64,000 nt of DNA from Amphiscolops sp. MND2022. Lineage: Eukaryota. Position numbers and translations under genes: made by a program. The stretch spans positions 28,832,001 through 28,896,000 of the forward strand of contig OZ076409.1 in the NCBI GenBank assembly GCA_964187785.1. The letters are read 5' to 3'. Shown here piece after piece: positions 37,895 to 49,531 of the stretch. The stretch's first letter is position 1. Every line of letters begins with the position of its first letter. A model generated the notes under the pieces. It was not told the origin of the DNA. It worked only from the letters and a program-made list of their open reading frames with translations, and did not search any database.

Positions 37895-40800
37895 TGACGT
37901 CGCAAATGACCAGGGTTATAACAGCCCAATACTGATACGACGTCATTATGACGTCAACAGTGACCGCAAAAAAATGAAGTTGGCTTATCGTTAACAAAAT
38001 TGACGTCATCAAAACGGTGACAAAACCTAAAGTTGGCTAATTACCAACGAAATTGACGTCGGCATAACGTCGACACAAAGGTTATCAGGGTTAAGAATTA
38101 ATCCTATAATCTATAATGACGTCATCAAAACGGTGACAACTTCAAAAGTTAGCTATGCTAACGAACTTGACGTCAGCAAAACGTTGACAACTTTGGTCAA
38201 ACGAATTAATTTAATTCGTGGCCAATAAAAACGTGACGTTGGCAAAACGTCAACACCTGGGACTACAAAGGAATTGAAAGACAGCTTCTACCACCTCCCA
38301 AAAAGTGCTATACCGAACTACAGAGTGGTACCGGAAATGTCACATTCCTCTGGGAAAGCGTACAACCAAAACAATCCTCTCTTCAGTTTCGACAACCCCA
38401 CGAGATATCTTCGTCCCATGAGAGTGGCCCTGTCACAGTCCGCGCCCGGCCTGGATTGTGGTTGCCAAGAGGCGCAGTTTGGACGTGATCATGGATGCAT
38501 TATGAAAACAGTTAGACTATCTTATTAAACTGAAATAAACTGTGACAAGTTAAAACCATCAAAATCTAAATTATGAATGATTTCAGAACCTAAAAACATT
38601 CCGAGATAATTTCACACATTTCCGGACATGCGTTGTGATGACAGTAGAATTTTAATCATTTTCCTGCAAAATACAACCGAGACATATCATTGGAATTACT
38701 TGTCGCAAAAAGAACGAAACTACGTCAAAATGTAGGACTAAAGAAAACAAAAACAATTTGATAACCAATTAATTGACGGTACAAAACTTCCCTAACATCA
38801 TCTCTTTCATTTTATCAAGCCCCCGAGAACCATTCGTCCTATGAGAGTGGCCCTGTCACAGTCCGCGCCCGGACTGGATTGAATTAAAAGCAAACTAAAA
38901 CTAATTTACGTCACCGCTTCGCCAATACGATTGAATTTGCGTCGCGACTACGCTACGTCACAGCCTCGTCTACGCATACCATAAAATCATTCCGATTATC
39001 CGCCTATACTAATAGCTTACTAGAAATCATTCCAATTTTCCGCCAACGTGACGTCACAGCGCTCGTAGCTAACTAGCTAAAGTCTAATTCTAAATACTTG
39101 TCAGCATCACGTCAAACTAGTCAAAATCTCATTTCTGCCAAGAAAACTCGTCAACATGACGTTGACAAGTTTATGAAGCTTAAATTCTGCCAAGAAAACG
39201 CGTCAACATGACGTTGACAAGTTTATGAAATTAGACGTAATTGAGTATTTTCCATCAAAATAGCTGTTTCAATCCATTCAAAATACCAAATTTACGTCCA
39301 CTATAATGGCGGACTAAGTCTAATAAAAAGTTACGTCCACACTACGTCCCAAAGTTATGAAATTAGGCGTTTTAATCAGTATTGAATTTAAAAGAAGCCT
39401 TATTTTAATACGGTAAAACTAATCGAAGCTAGAATATGAATCAACGTCAACACTACGTCGCAATTCAAGTAACCAAGCCAAATTTTGAATCTACGTCAAC
39501 GCTACGTCAACTAATATACTAGAGTTGAGAAAACACATTTCTACGTCAGTATTGCGTCGACTAAGATTGAATTCGAACGGAATATGGTATTTAGGCCAGG
39601 ATTTTTCTGACTAACTAAAAATAAGAGTGTTTTAACACTATTTAAATTGGAGACTAACAGTTCATTTTCAATTTGTGTTAATAAAGTGCAGTTTATGCAG
39701 GCTTTTTAAATGTATGATTTGATTACCTAATTTAAAAATTTCATTGACTGTTTGACGTTGTCACGTCGTCTTCTATTGTTGCTCAAAGGTGTTGCTCCTA
39801 ACTTTAATCAGATAAATATTTATCAATTGTTGAAATATATAATTGTTTAGCCTCATGTAAATCAGTCACTCTCTTAGCATCACCAAATTGCCTAAATCAA
39901 GATAATTAGTCATAATTTTCTTCAAGTGGGAATTCAAAATCAGGTATTAGTTATTCACGTCAGCGTCATCTCCGCGTCGGTTTCTTACGAACCAAAGCAG
40001 AAAAACGGGGAAGTATTTCCGGTTTGACAGACTGAAGTAATATCTACTTCCTGCTTGGGAGGAAACAAAAGGACGCCGGAATGAAATGATATGATCATGA
40101 TTGATGTCTAATACTAGATTAGAATTGCCGTGTCTTAAAAATTGACGAAATGCTGACGAAGATCAAAGTTTTACCGCAAAATTACAGGAAGTGACTAATA
40201 TCTCGATGGAAATTAAAGTACGCGAGTATGAACAGATGATGCTAGGAGGGTATATATAGCTTGTACCTGTAAACTTATTCATTCAATTTCTGATTCAATC
40301 TGCTGTCTTGTATCAAATTCTACTTTGTTTTGTTAAAACAATTACTCTGCAAACTTCAATTCAAAATTGATAAATCCGAAAATCTTTTCATCAAGAGAAG
40401 CTAGAAAAGAAGAATGTCCTTCAAAAAGCAACAAAAATGATCAAAAATGTACAGAACAACGACCCTAACAGGAGTCATAACAACAGGTTTTGTCTTTAGT
40501 CTTGTCCGGTTTTGCAAACGCACGAAAAAGTTTCTGGCTGAAGCAGGGACTCGAATGGTAAACGTTACAAATTAGTACGCTACAGCTTATAAAACTTATA
40601 AAATCTGTCAGTTCGTTATAAAAAAGGAGTCACTACTATAGTCTGCTCTTTTACTATACTCTACGAAAGCGCCGACTAAAAATGCGGAAGAAGACTTTTC
40701 GCGGAACACTGCGACACGTATTTCTCAATTGTACTCTTTTTTTTCTTTTTCTTTGGAGCTGCTAGCAACTTTTACTCCGATTGAGTTTTCCCTGTAATTT

Positions 40801-41580
40801 TACCCCAGTTTGGCGGTTGATTTTGATCCACTTGCATTTGACCTGCCAATCCCACACACTCAGTCTAAGACAAAGCAGTTTTCGGGAAACACTACCGTCA
40901 GAGATTTTGCGATCAATTTCATTGCCGATCAAGTCAACTGTTAACTTTGGATCGTAGAATTGTGCTACTGATAGCACACATTGAAATGCTCTACGGAGAA
41001 GCTAACCCGTTTGCATTGATTTGACAAACGCAATTGACGACCGCCTTTTTGTGAAATTACAATTGGGAAAATACTCTGATAGTCCGGACGGACACTCACA
41101 AGGTAGAAGCTCGACTTATGAAAGATATAAGAGAAAGAGGAGGGTGCTTTTTTCCACCATGTACATGTTTTTTTTCAATTCTCAAATATTGTAGGGTTTT
41201 TGGCACAAATATCTTCAGCGAAAATGTACTGTGTATTCAGCAATAATTTTCACGAGGGCAAAAATATTTGGAATTAAGTCGAAATATATTATGGGTTCTC
41301 ATAGTTTTTCAGAAATTATCGGTTGAAACTATTTTGGCTTTTAAAAGTCAGTTCTTGACAAAATAGTAATGGTGTGTGGGTTAGTGCAGAAGATGAAAAA
41401 AAATTGATGGTCCTCTGACGTTCTTTCACTTTTATTGTCAAGAAAAATTCAAACGCGGACGTCGGTTCTTCTTTAATCATTCTTCGAGCGCCTAGACAAT
41501 TCCTTGTAAATTATCAGAACAAACATTTACTTGCCCTTCTTTTGCTTGATCTTTAGATTTTCTATGTGTATTTGCAAGTA

Positions 41581-42058
41581 GTCTGTTTGTAGTTTTAATT
41601 CCGATTGATAATGTTAATGAATCTAGAGTTAGCTGTTGAACTGAATTACCTTAAATTTTTACCAATAGGCATCAGTGCTACATAACTTTCGATCGAAATC
41701 GTCTTCGGAGAAGCCATTATTTGAGGGCTGATTAGTTTTGGAACTTATATATTTCAGAGAAATAATTTCTAAGCAAGTAGCTTTCGAAACTTTTCGCGGG
41801 TTAGAAAATGCCCTTGTTTGTGAATTCGACTGAAATTTAATTCATGGGCATGTCAAAAATTGGCGACTTTACTTCAGTGGAAGACAAATTCAATGGGACA
41901 AGAAATTTGCAAAATCCCTGAACTTGTTTTCATACAAACTTTAAGTATGCTTCTACTTACACGAATATTTTATATACTTCGGTTTAACTTGGACAGTGTT
42001 TTGCAAAAAAAATCGCAGAACAAACATATTGAAATTGAAATGAACAATTTGATTTTGT
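41581..42058 (+). repeat. Diverged ~490-bp direct repeat; second copy at 44777-45277
   Basis: Shared blocks such as CTGATTAGTTTTGGAACTTATATATTTCAGAGAA and AAAATCCCTGAACTTGTTTTCATACAAA. Confidence 0.8.
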
Positions 42059-42172
42059 TCAATGGAGTAATTTTACACAGCGCTGTATAATTCGTTATGT
42101 TTCAGTACAGGCTGCCACTTGCTTTAGCCCTTGCGTAGCAATTGCATCTCTGATCTGGGCCATTGCATTGTA

Positions 42173-43171
42173 ATGCGATCTGAAAATGACGTCATCATAC
42201 TTGGATTCTGGGTGGAGCCTGGCAAATGGGACCGCTTGCATCTTGACACTTTGGCCCAAACTGCTCCATTCAGCCACGGAGTTGTCATCCTCAAAATTGA
42301 AAAGGCATCTGACTTGTCGCAATGTCATGCTGTATTTATCAAAAAGAAATCAGTCTCTGGCCCCTTTGAGCATAAATTAATCCAAAAAACTATAATCCAG
42401 CTGCCTCATTTGGTGCAACTAGATCCAATCGACCGAACTTGCGTTTTGTTCAACCGGAAGTGCACATTCGACATGCTGTATGAAGTGGAGTTAGAGTTGT
42501 TGGCGGCGGCAGGAGTGAAGATCATGCCCTCGTTCTGCATCAGCTCGGTGGCCCAGCTGCAGGGAGAGCTAGCAAGGCGGGACATCGGGTTCCCCCTCAT
42601 CTGCAAGCCCAACCTACTCACTGGGGTCGACAGGGACCACGACATGCTGGTCGTGTTCAAACCAGAGCACCTGCTAGTGCTGGAGCAACAGGGACAACTG
42701 GACGGGTTGTTGCTGCAGCCGATGGTCAAGCACCAGACAGTGCTCAAGGTGTCCGCTCTGGGTGACGAGGTGCACGTGGCCACAAGACCCAGCATCGACA
42801 AGGTCGTGACCAAGGGTCAAGGTCAGAGCGAGGGTCAAGGTGAGGGTCAGATGGATGACCTACGGCCAGTGCACTTCTACACCCCTCAGGTAGCCAAGAT
42901 GCGGGAAGAGCTCTCGGGGGAACAGCTGCAGAGGCTGAGGGAGACAATAGACGCCCAATCGCTCAGCAGACTGGTGGCTGTCATCCGCTCCAAGTTCCGG
43001 CTCAGTCTGTTCAGCATGGACTTGATCATCGACCAATCAGGAAAAGCCTTCATCATAGACCTCAACAGCTTCCCTGGATACTCCGGCATTATCTCTTCCA
43101 GGGGCCTCAAACACTTTCATGCCTCACTTTTGAACTTAGCTTTAGATCAAATCGACCAAAATAAATCATAA
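42173..43171 (+). CDS. ITPK1: Inositol-tetrakisphosphate 1-kinase-like protein (ATP-grasp), 332 aa, intronless CDS
   Basis: ILGFWV, FPLICKP, HDMLVVF, LQPMVKH…LKV…GD…RPSI, FSMDLII and IIDLNSFPGY match ITPK1 family motifs. Splice acceptor-like TTTCAG/TACAG at 42100-42110. Confidence 0.85.
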   Translation: MRSENDVIILGFWVEPGKWDRLHLDTLAQTAPFSHGVVILKIEKASDLSQCHAVFIKKKSVSGPFEHKLIQKTIIQLPHLVQLDPIDRTCVLFNRKCTFDMLYEVELELLAAAGVKIMPSFCISSVAQLQGELARRDIGFPLICKPNLLTGVDRDHDMLVVFKPEHLLVLEQQGQLDGLLLQPMVKHQTVLKVSALGDEVHVATRPSIDKVVTKGQGQSEGQGEGQMDDLRPVHFYTPQVAKMREELSGEQLQRLRETIDAQSLSRLVAVIRSKFRLSLFSMDLIIDQSGKAFIIDLNSFPGYSGIISSRGLKHFHASLLNLALDQIDQNKS

Positions 43172-43859
43172 AGTAGTTTAATTTCCCAATTTAATTTGTA
43201 TTTTTTTCATTCGCTTCTCATTCGAAAAAGTTGATCTGTGAGTAAATTCAATGGATGATGAAATTGTTCAAAATCGTTTTAAAACGGTGGAAAATTGGTA
43301 ATTATTTTCTTCGAGTGTTGATCACATTGAAGTACGTCTGATTTTTTGAGTAGTTAATATCACAAGTAAAAAAATTACCATGTTATGGCTTCCACTAGGC
43401 TTATGAAGCCTCCAACATCGTTGGAAATTTCCTGTTTTTGTCCAAATGGGGTGTTTGTGGTGACCTAAAAGCCCCGATCATTCGAATCACTCCACCGCAT
43501 CCCATCAGTCTTGCTCATAGGTATTTAACGGTCGAGCTAAACGAAATGGGTATTGAACCTATAGAAAACGATTACTTTTTCCCACTATGTTTGCATCGCT
43601 TAGAAGAATTTGTCTCCTTTGATAGCGGAATTTCTTGCATCATTGAAGCGGTCATTGTTCGATGGATGGGAGAGCATCATCTCATCATTTCATGGGACGT
43701 TGTCCGGATTCGTTTCCAAGGATTTTTTCATCATCAAATAGTCCAAAAACTCTTCGTTGGAGCTCCGCTTCAGGCTGAAAAATACTTCTACGTTTTGTAT
43801 TTTCATCGCATAGTGACTAAAAATCCTAAGTACTATCCTTTGAACTCGCAAAGCTATAT

Positions 43860-44272
43860 GGGAGCGTGGCGTAGTGGTTACAGCATTCGGCCTGTACTGG
43901 GGCGGTATCAGGTTCGAATCTCTCTCAACTCACCATTGTTGGTCCTTAAGTAAGCCCTTCATCCCTAGCTTAGTGGTATGGTCAATGGCAAAAAATAACG
44001 CATTTGGCGGAGAAAAGCAAAAAAAAAGAGCAACGGTGAGCAGTCAGACCTTTGTGACCTTGAGCAAGTCACTTTGAAACGACAGCTTCAAGTCCACCAT
44101 TACTTGACCACTTGGCTGCAAATATGGTACCGTAGCTTGCTATGGGGAGATAGCATCCGAAAGGGCGCTGACTTAGAAAAGCAGAACTGCTTATTAACTG
44201 CTTATTCGACGTCCACCCCGCGGTATTTGGGAAATTACCTTCTCTACTCTCTTCTCTCTATCTGAAAAAAAA
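43860..44272 (+). mobile_element. tRNA-derived SINE
   Basis: A-box TGGCGTAGTGG, B-box GGTTCGAATC, internal GTGACCTTGAGCAAGTCACTT and an A-rich tail. Confidence 0.6.
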
Positions 44273-45795
44273 GGAAAGCCCAGAAAGAGTTTCTTCAGAG
44301 AATTTATTTTCCCAGGAATGACATGACACGAAAAATTCAACCGAATAAGCTATTCATATGTTGAAACGATGTACTAATTGTTCCATTATCTATATTTTGT
44401 AAAAGAAGAAAATTCAATGCGTTAGAACTGAACTTCTTATGCTCTGATTTTTTATGTATGAATCCTTTTACGTTGAAGAAGTTGAAAAAGCTATCGTTGA
44501 GAAAAAACTCCTTGCGATATGTTCTTGAGGTCAACCTTGTGCAGCCAAATCCTGTGTGGGTAGTAGTTGATACGTATGACCAAAGACTCAAAACGCAGAA
44601 AAAATCAGGCTCTTCAATCACGATAATGTCAACAAGCATAGTGGTCAGTATGGGATCACATATCTCGTCGTCAAATGATGAACATTTTGTGCCTTACAAT
44701 TAAACACTTGATGAGGCACGAATGTTACCTGAATAATCAATTGGTTTGAAACGGACGAACCGAGAGCTGTGATCGAATCTGTTTGAAGTTTTAATTCCGA
44801 TAGATAATTTTACTAATAAAAATTTTCCGATAGATAATAAATCTAGATTGACCTGTTGGCCTGAATTGCCTTGAAACTTTATCAATAAGCTTCAATGCTA
44901 CAAAACGTTCGATTCAAATCGTCTTTAGAGAAACAACCATTAATTAAGGACTGATTAGTTTTGGAACTTATATATTTCAGAGAACTCATTTCGAAGCAAG
45001 TAGCTTTCTGAACTTTTGTCAGGGGTTAGAAAATGTCCTTGTTTGTGAATTCGACGGAAATTTAATTCATGGGTTTGTCAAAAAAATTGGCAACTCCAAT
45101 GGAAGACAAATTCAGTGGCACAAGAAATTCACAAAATCCCTGAACTTGTTTTCATACAAAATTCAAGTACGGTAATACGAACATTTTATATATGATTCGG
45201 TTTAACTTGGACAGTATTTTGGAAAAAAATCTCTGAACAACCATAACCATAATGAAATTGAATGAACAATTTGATGTTGGAAACTTCCTGCCATGTTTTT
45301 CCACCGCATTTTTGTCCGAGATAGAAGTTTGTAGAAGCAAAATCTATTTTTGTCGTGCTCGGAAACTTTTACCATAGCCAGACCAAGTGATCAAAGTTGA
45401 CTAGTTGCTAACATACTTTCAAATCAAACTAGACAAAGAAGCTCTAAAAATGCAAAGGATACAGCGTCATAAAGATTTTTTGGCAGGAAAGGCTCCAAAA
45501 ACTTCTTGTTCCGTTTCCAAGCGATCACCAAGGCTTGCAAGGTAATTGTTATCGTTATTCTTGTTTCGAGAATTACGCAAAACTGCCAAAAGTGGATGCA
45601 GGCAGTGTTTGCCATATAGACAAACATTTCTAGATCACAGATGAAACACGCGCCGCAATTACCATGAAAGTTTGTCTTGGGATTCTCAATATCATGAAAA
45701 TATCCAGTCTCATGACTGAATTGTGATCAAAATGTTGATATTATCAGTCAATAATTTCAAGGAAATAGTGTAGTTTTGTGGATCGTTTGTGTGTA

Positions 45796-47570
45796 TGTCT
45801 TGTGACTTCAACTGGTGTCAGATCAGTTCTCAAGGTGATAACTCCGTCCCACCTCCCGGCGTTTTACCTATTTATACCGGACGGGACCGAGCGTCTTTAT
45901 GACAGCAATAACTTACTGTAAACTTCCTGTACTTTTAGTAGTGTTTTATTTTATACAATATTAACACATTGATGATAATCATGAACTAGTATGTTACTCC
46001 GATGTGTATATTTGCAATTTGTTGAAGTGTAGATCAAGTTTAAATGTCGATGATAATTTGAAATAAGCTGTGCTACTGTATGTGCTAAAGGAAACGCGTT
46101 CAACTGGTACCACGATGCGGTCCAGTTGACGTGCTGTCAGAAACTTAATTAACGAAATATAGCGCTCCTGTGCCTTATGGTAAGACTGCAGTCAAACGGA
46201 AGTGAAGTTCACTCTCGCTCTATTTCTACTTAGTTAGCTATTACTACAGTCAGTTTGACGTGATATCCAGTATTTATTCAGTAGTATTTTAGAACAAGTA
46301 GTGTTATCTGCATGTGAATATTTATATTAACATATAAAGGGTAAGTTTTCTCTTTCAGTGCGATTTTTATTTTTAGACTATTAGGTAATTGGATCTAATA
46401 TTCGGTTTGTTACCATTTGTCATAACTAAAATGACGTCATCTTTCTTCAAAATTTTATGACACCCCAGGTTGTAGGTGTCATGGTGTTTTTAGTCGGCGC
46501 CTTTTCCCTTAAGGAAAAAAGCCCGACTATTACAGTGGGTAGTTTTTCTTTTTCAGCCTACAATCTCACTCTGAATGGTCCACTTTTTACAATTTGTTCA
46601 TCTGTTCTGTTGTTCATCTTTGACTAAATTTCTGAAGCCGGAGAGCGGGGGTTCGATTCTCGCACTAAACCATAATATTTTTATGCTTCCAAAAGTACAG
46701 CAGGTGAGACCAAAGGGTCCCACCTTTGGGTTTTTTTCGGGACTATGCGACTTTTTTTCGAAATATTTCGGATTCTATCAAAGGGTAACCCCTTGCATTT
46801 TTTTGAAGTTTTCGGTTTGTAAAAACGTTTAATGAGCCTGAATGGCCTCTTTTTGAGTTTTTCGGCATTGTGCGACTTTTTAAAAAAATATTTTTAAAAT
46901 TTTTTTTAAAAATATTTTTCCAAATGTTTCCAATAGTTGTTCTTTGACTATTTTTGAGCCTTAGATATGGCGCCGACTTGAGACGATCCCGTCTTTTTAC
47001 TATATAGTAAGGATTTGTCACTGATACATTCATTATCATTACTAATCGGTTATCAAAAACTTTGAAATACTTGATCACTTAAAAATATGGATGTGATGTT
47101 AGGAAACTTTCCTGAGAATAGTTTTGATAGACAGGATTTTGGATATGAAATTGAAGTAGACTTAGAGTCAAGGAGACCGCATAGAAATACAAACCAAATG
47201 GGTAAGAACTTATATCACTTTTCAACACTAATGCTAGCGAAAACAGGGGAATCACTGCGGAAACAAGTAAAGCAATTGACTCTGAAATTTATTCCACATG
47301 TCCATAAAAATTGAGGAGATCAGAATAGACCTTAATTTGCATATACTTGAAGTGATCAACTCTGCAATTGGGGAGAAAGTTTTTTGCGGGACGCTGATTT
47401 CAAGACAAATGTGGACCTTCGGTCAGGCGGACTGCAGGAGAGTCCGAACGGTGAAAACAGTTGTAAGACACGTGTAGATTTCCCCGAACTGAACTCAACT
47501 AATAGTAGCCAAAACAATCACAATAGAGAGAGTTCAAATAACTCTCAGGAGAGTGACGATGGTTACGACA
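45796..47570 (+). mobile_element. Probable old solo LTR with a Gag N-terminal remnant and a nested HINE
   Basis: TGTC…TACGACA ends, near-TSD GTGTA / GTGCA, and decayed ORF pieces (47087-47570) ending SDDGYD at the GACA end. Confidence 0.45.
46487..46998 (+). mobile_element. HINE/DINE-1-like Helentron-associated element
   Basis: 5' T-run, subTIR AGTCGGCGC with a nearby inverted copy, 3' GCGCCGACT, stem-loop AGACG-ATCC-CGTCT and a T-run. Internal B-box GGTTCGATTC. Confidence 0.65.
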
Positions 47571-49531
47571 GTGCAATTTGTAAATATTATACAGACGAAT
47601 AACAATGAAGCTTTAAAAGGGCACAAACGGTGCTTGTCAAAAGCATGATATTTCAATACGCCATCAATTAGTGCGGTGTCGCACGGGAAGCTTTTTGAGT
47701 GTGTGGTATGAGAACTTCGATACAGGGCCTCAAACTGGCAAGTATCAGGCGTCCAATAGTCTTTCCGCGTTGCTTAATCGATCCCGCTCGCTCTACAAGG
47801 CAGACAGGAAACAAGGATTATTCTGTTATTGTCCCGATCAGTTCATTTATGAATAGGTTCAAAGAAAGATCTCTACTAGCAATGACAGTCTCTTTCTTAC
47901 TTCGTCTTTACGTGATAACGCTATTGCTTTCTTTTCAGGCCAATTCGAGGCATGAGAGACTTCTGAAACGGAGTAGTGTGCGTTGTTTCCCCGAGTGACT
48001 AGATAATTTCCAGAAATGACACAGGTTTGATTACATGTTTCTCTCGCGTCTTCTATCGTTATTTTATTATGAAATTGCCGCACTGCAATCTTTGAATCAC
48101 TTGCCACTCATGCCTCATCCTTCGTACTTGCACCTGCCTGTTCACACTTCGTACGTGAAAGTTATGTTTTTGTCTTATGTGAGTTGCTGCCTACCAATCG
48201 GCTACAATAGTGTTTTTGAGAACTCGCGACCGAAGGTAGGATGTGAATTCTAGATCCCGTCGCGTGCAGTGACTCCAAAACGTTCTGTGGACTTCAGCTG
48301 TTCTGTTTGTAGTTTCTGGTCAAAACCGTAGTCAGATTTTTGATCCTTCGTAATTTAAATTTCATGAGAGAGTGGTGTCGTTGCTGCTTGGAACTAGCTC
48401 TAATTAAGTGACGGGACATTGCTACAATCGCCAATGTTCAACTGTTTGCCAAGGTTGTTCTGATCGGAGTTTTGGAATGGCTATTGGAATTCATTGGGAA
48501 GAGGGTGTCAGAACGCGGTGACGTCATGAAGTCGTGGACGTGCTGGCCGTTCTCTTCCCTACTGTTCGTCACTTTCTTAGTAAGGGCTCTCACCATGCTT
48601 GTTAATTCTCCGATCCGTTTATTCATTTCTAGAAACCTTTACTCTATTATGAGTCTCTCATGATCTCTCTCCAGAGATCTCATTGTCTCTTCGTCCTTTC
48701 CGTTAAAATAATTACTCTGAGTAATGGTCAGCAACGTTAACATTATCGTCATCAACAGTAAACCTATCTACTTTTGGTTGTTCGGTTCGATTCTCTTTAT
48801 TAACTCGAGATCTAGTATTTACCATTGTTGAAAGAAGAGTTTGGTTTTTAGGTTGAATTAAGTTCCAAATGTAGAAATGTAATTTTACTACGTTGAAGGC
48901 AAAGAAAGAATTTTTATGTTGAGATTAAGCAGTACGTCTGAATATCACGGTAACAAATGGTCAACTGGTTGATTTCTATTTCGCAATAAAACCTTCGTAG
49001 TCTTCAGTCACACGTTAGCAACGCCTAATTGAGTGCGTCTACTTCTTCGGTATTACTGGTTAAGCCAGTAAATATCACTTCAAGGTGCGTTAGACGACTG
49101 GTTACTCCAGCCGTCGTTAATCCTGATCACAGCACTTTCGAACCTGTTATCACATTACTAATCTTTTCACTTTTTAGCACCGACTAAATTACGATTGAAG
49201 GTTGTGGTGGCGATTATGGCTACAAAACGTTTACATAATATGAATCAACGCACCAATTGCTGATGATGACTGAATCTTTTGGTTGTTAATTTGGATTTCT
49301 CCAAATGTATGAATCGACGCACTATATATGGATGGTTACTGCTTGTGGTAAATGTGAAAAGAGCAGTTAGACTAACATTGAACTGAAATGATATTAATTA
49401 CTAAGACCTGCTAAAATGCTAGAGCTAGATACATTATGATCAATCAGTTGCTCTTGCCTTTGTATTGAGATTAGTACGAAATTCATTCTTAATACTTCAC
49501 TTCTTCTTGCTTCGCATCGATACCCTTTACC

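Larger units (their letters stand above)
33200..40482 (+). mobile_element. Non-autonomous LTR retrotransposon with 1629-bp LTRs and an internal tandem duplication
   Basis: LTRs 33200-34828 and 38854-40482 (TGTCACA…ATAACA). 5-bp TSD ACAGG. PBS TGGTGACAGGAGT at 34829. Only an RT remnant inside (QRNPNGKWRLLVD). Confidence 0.92.

Noticed and set aside
43438..43953. 171-aa plus-strand ORF and a stop-riddled minus-strand frame
   Set aside because: No recognisable motifs, and the plus ORF runs into the SINE.
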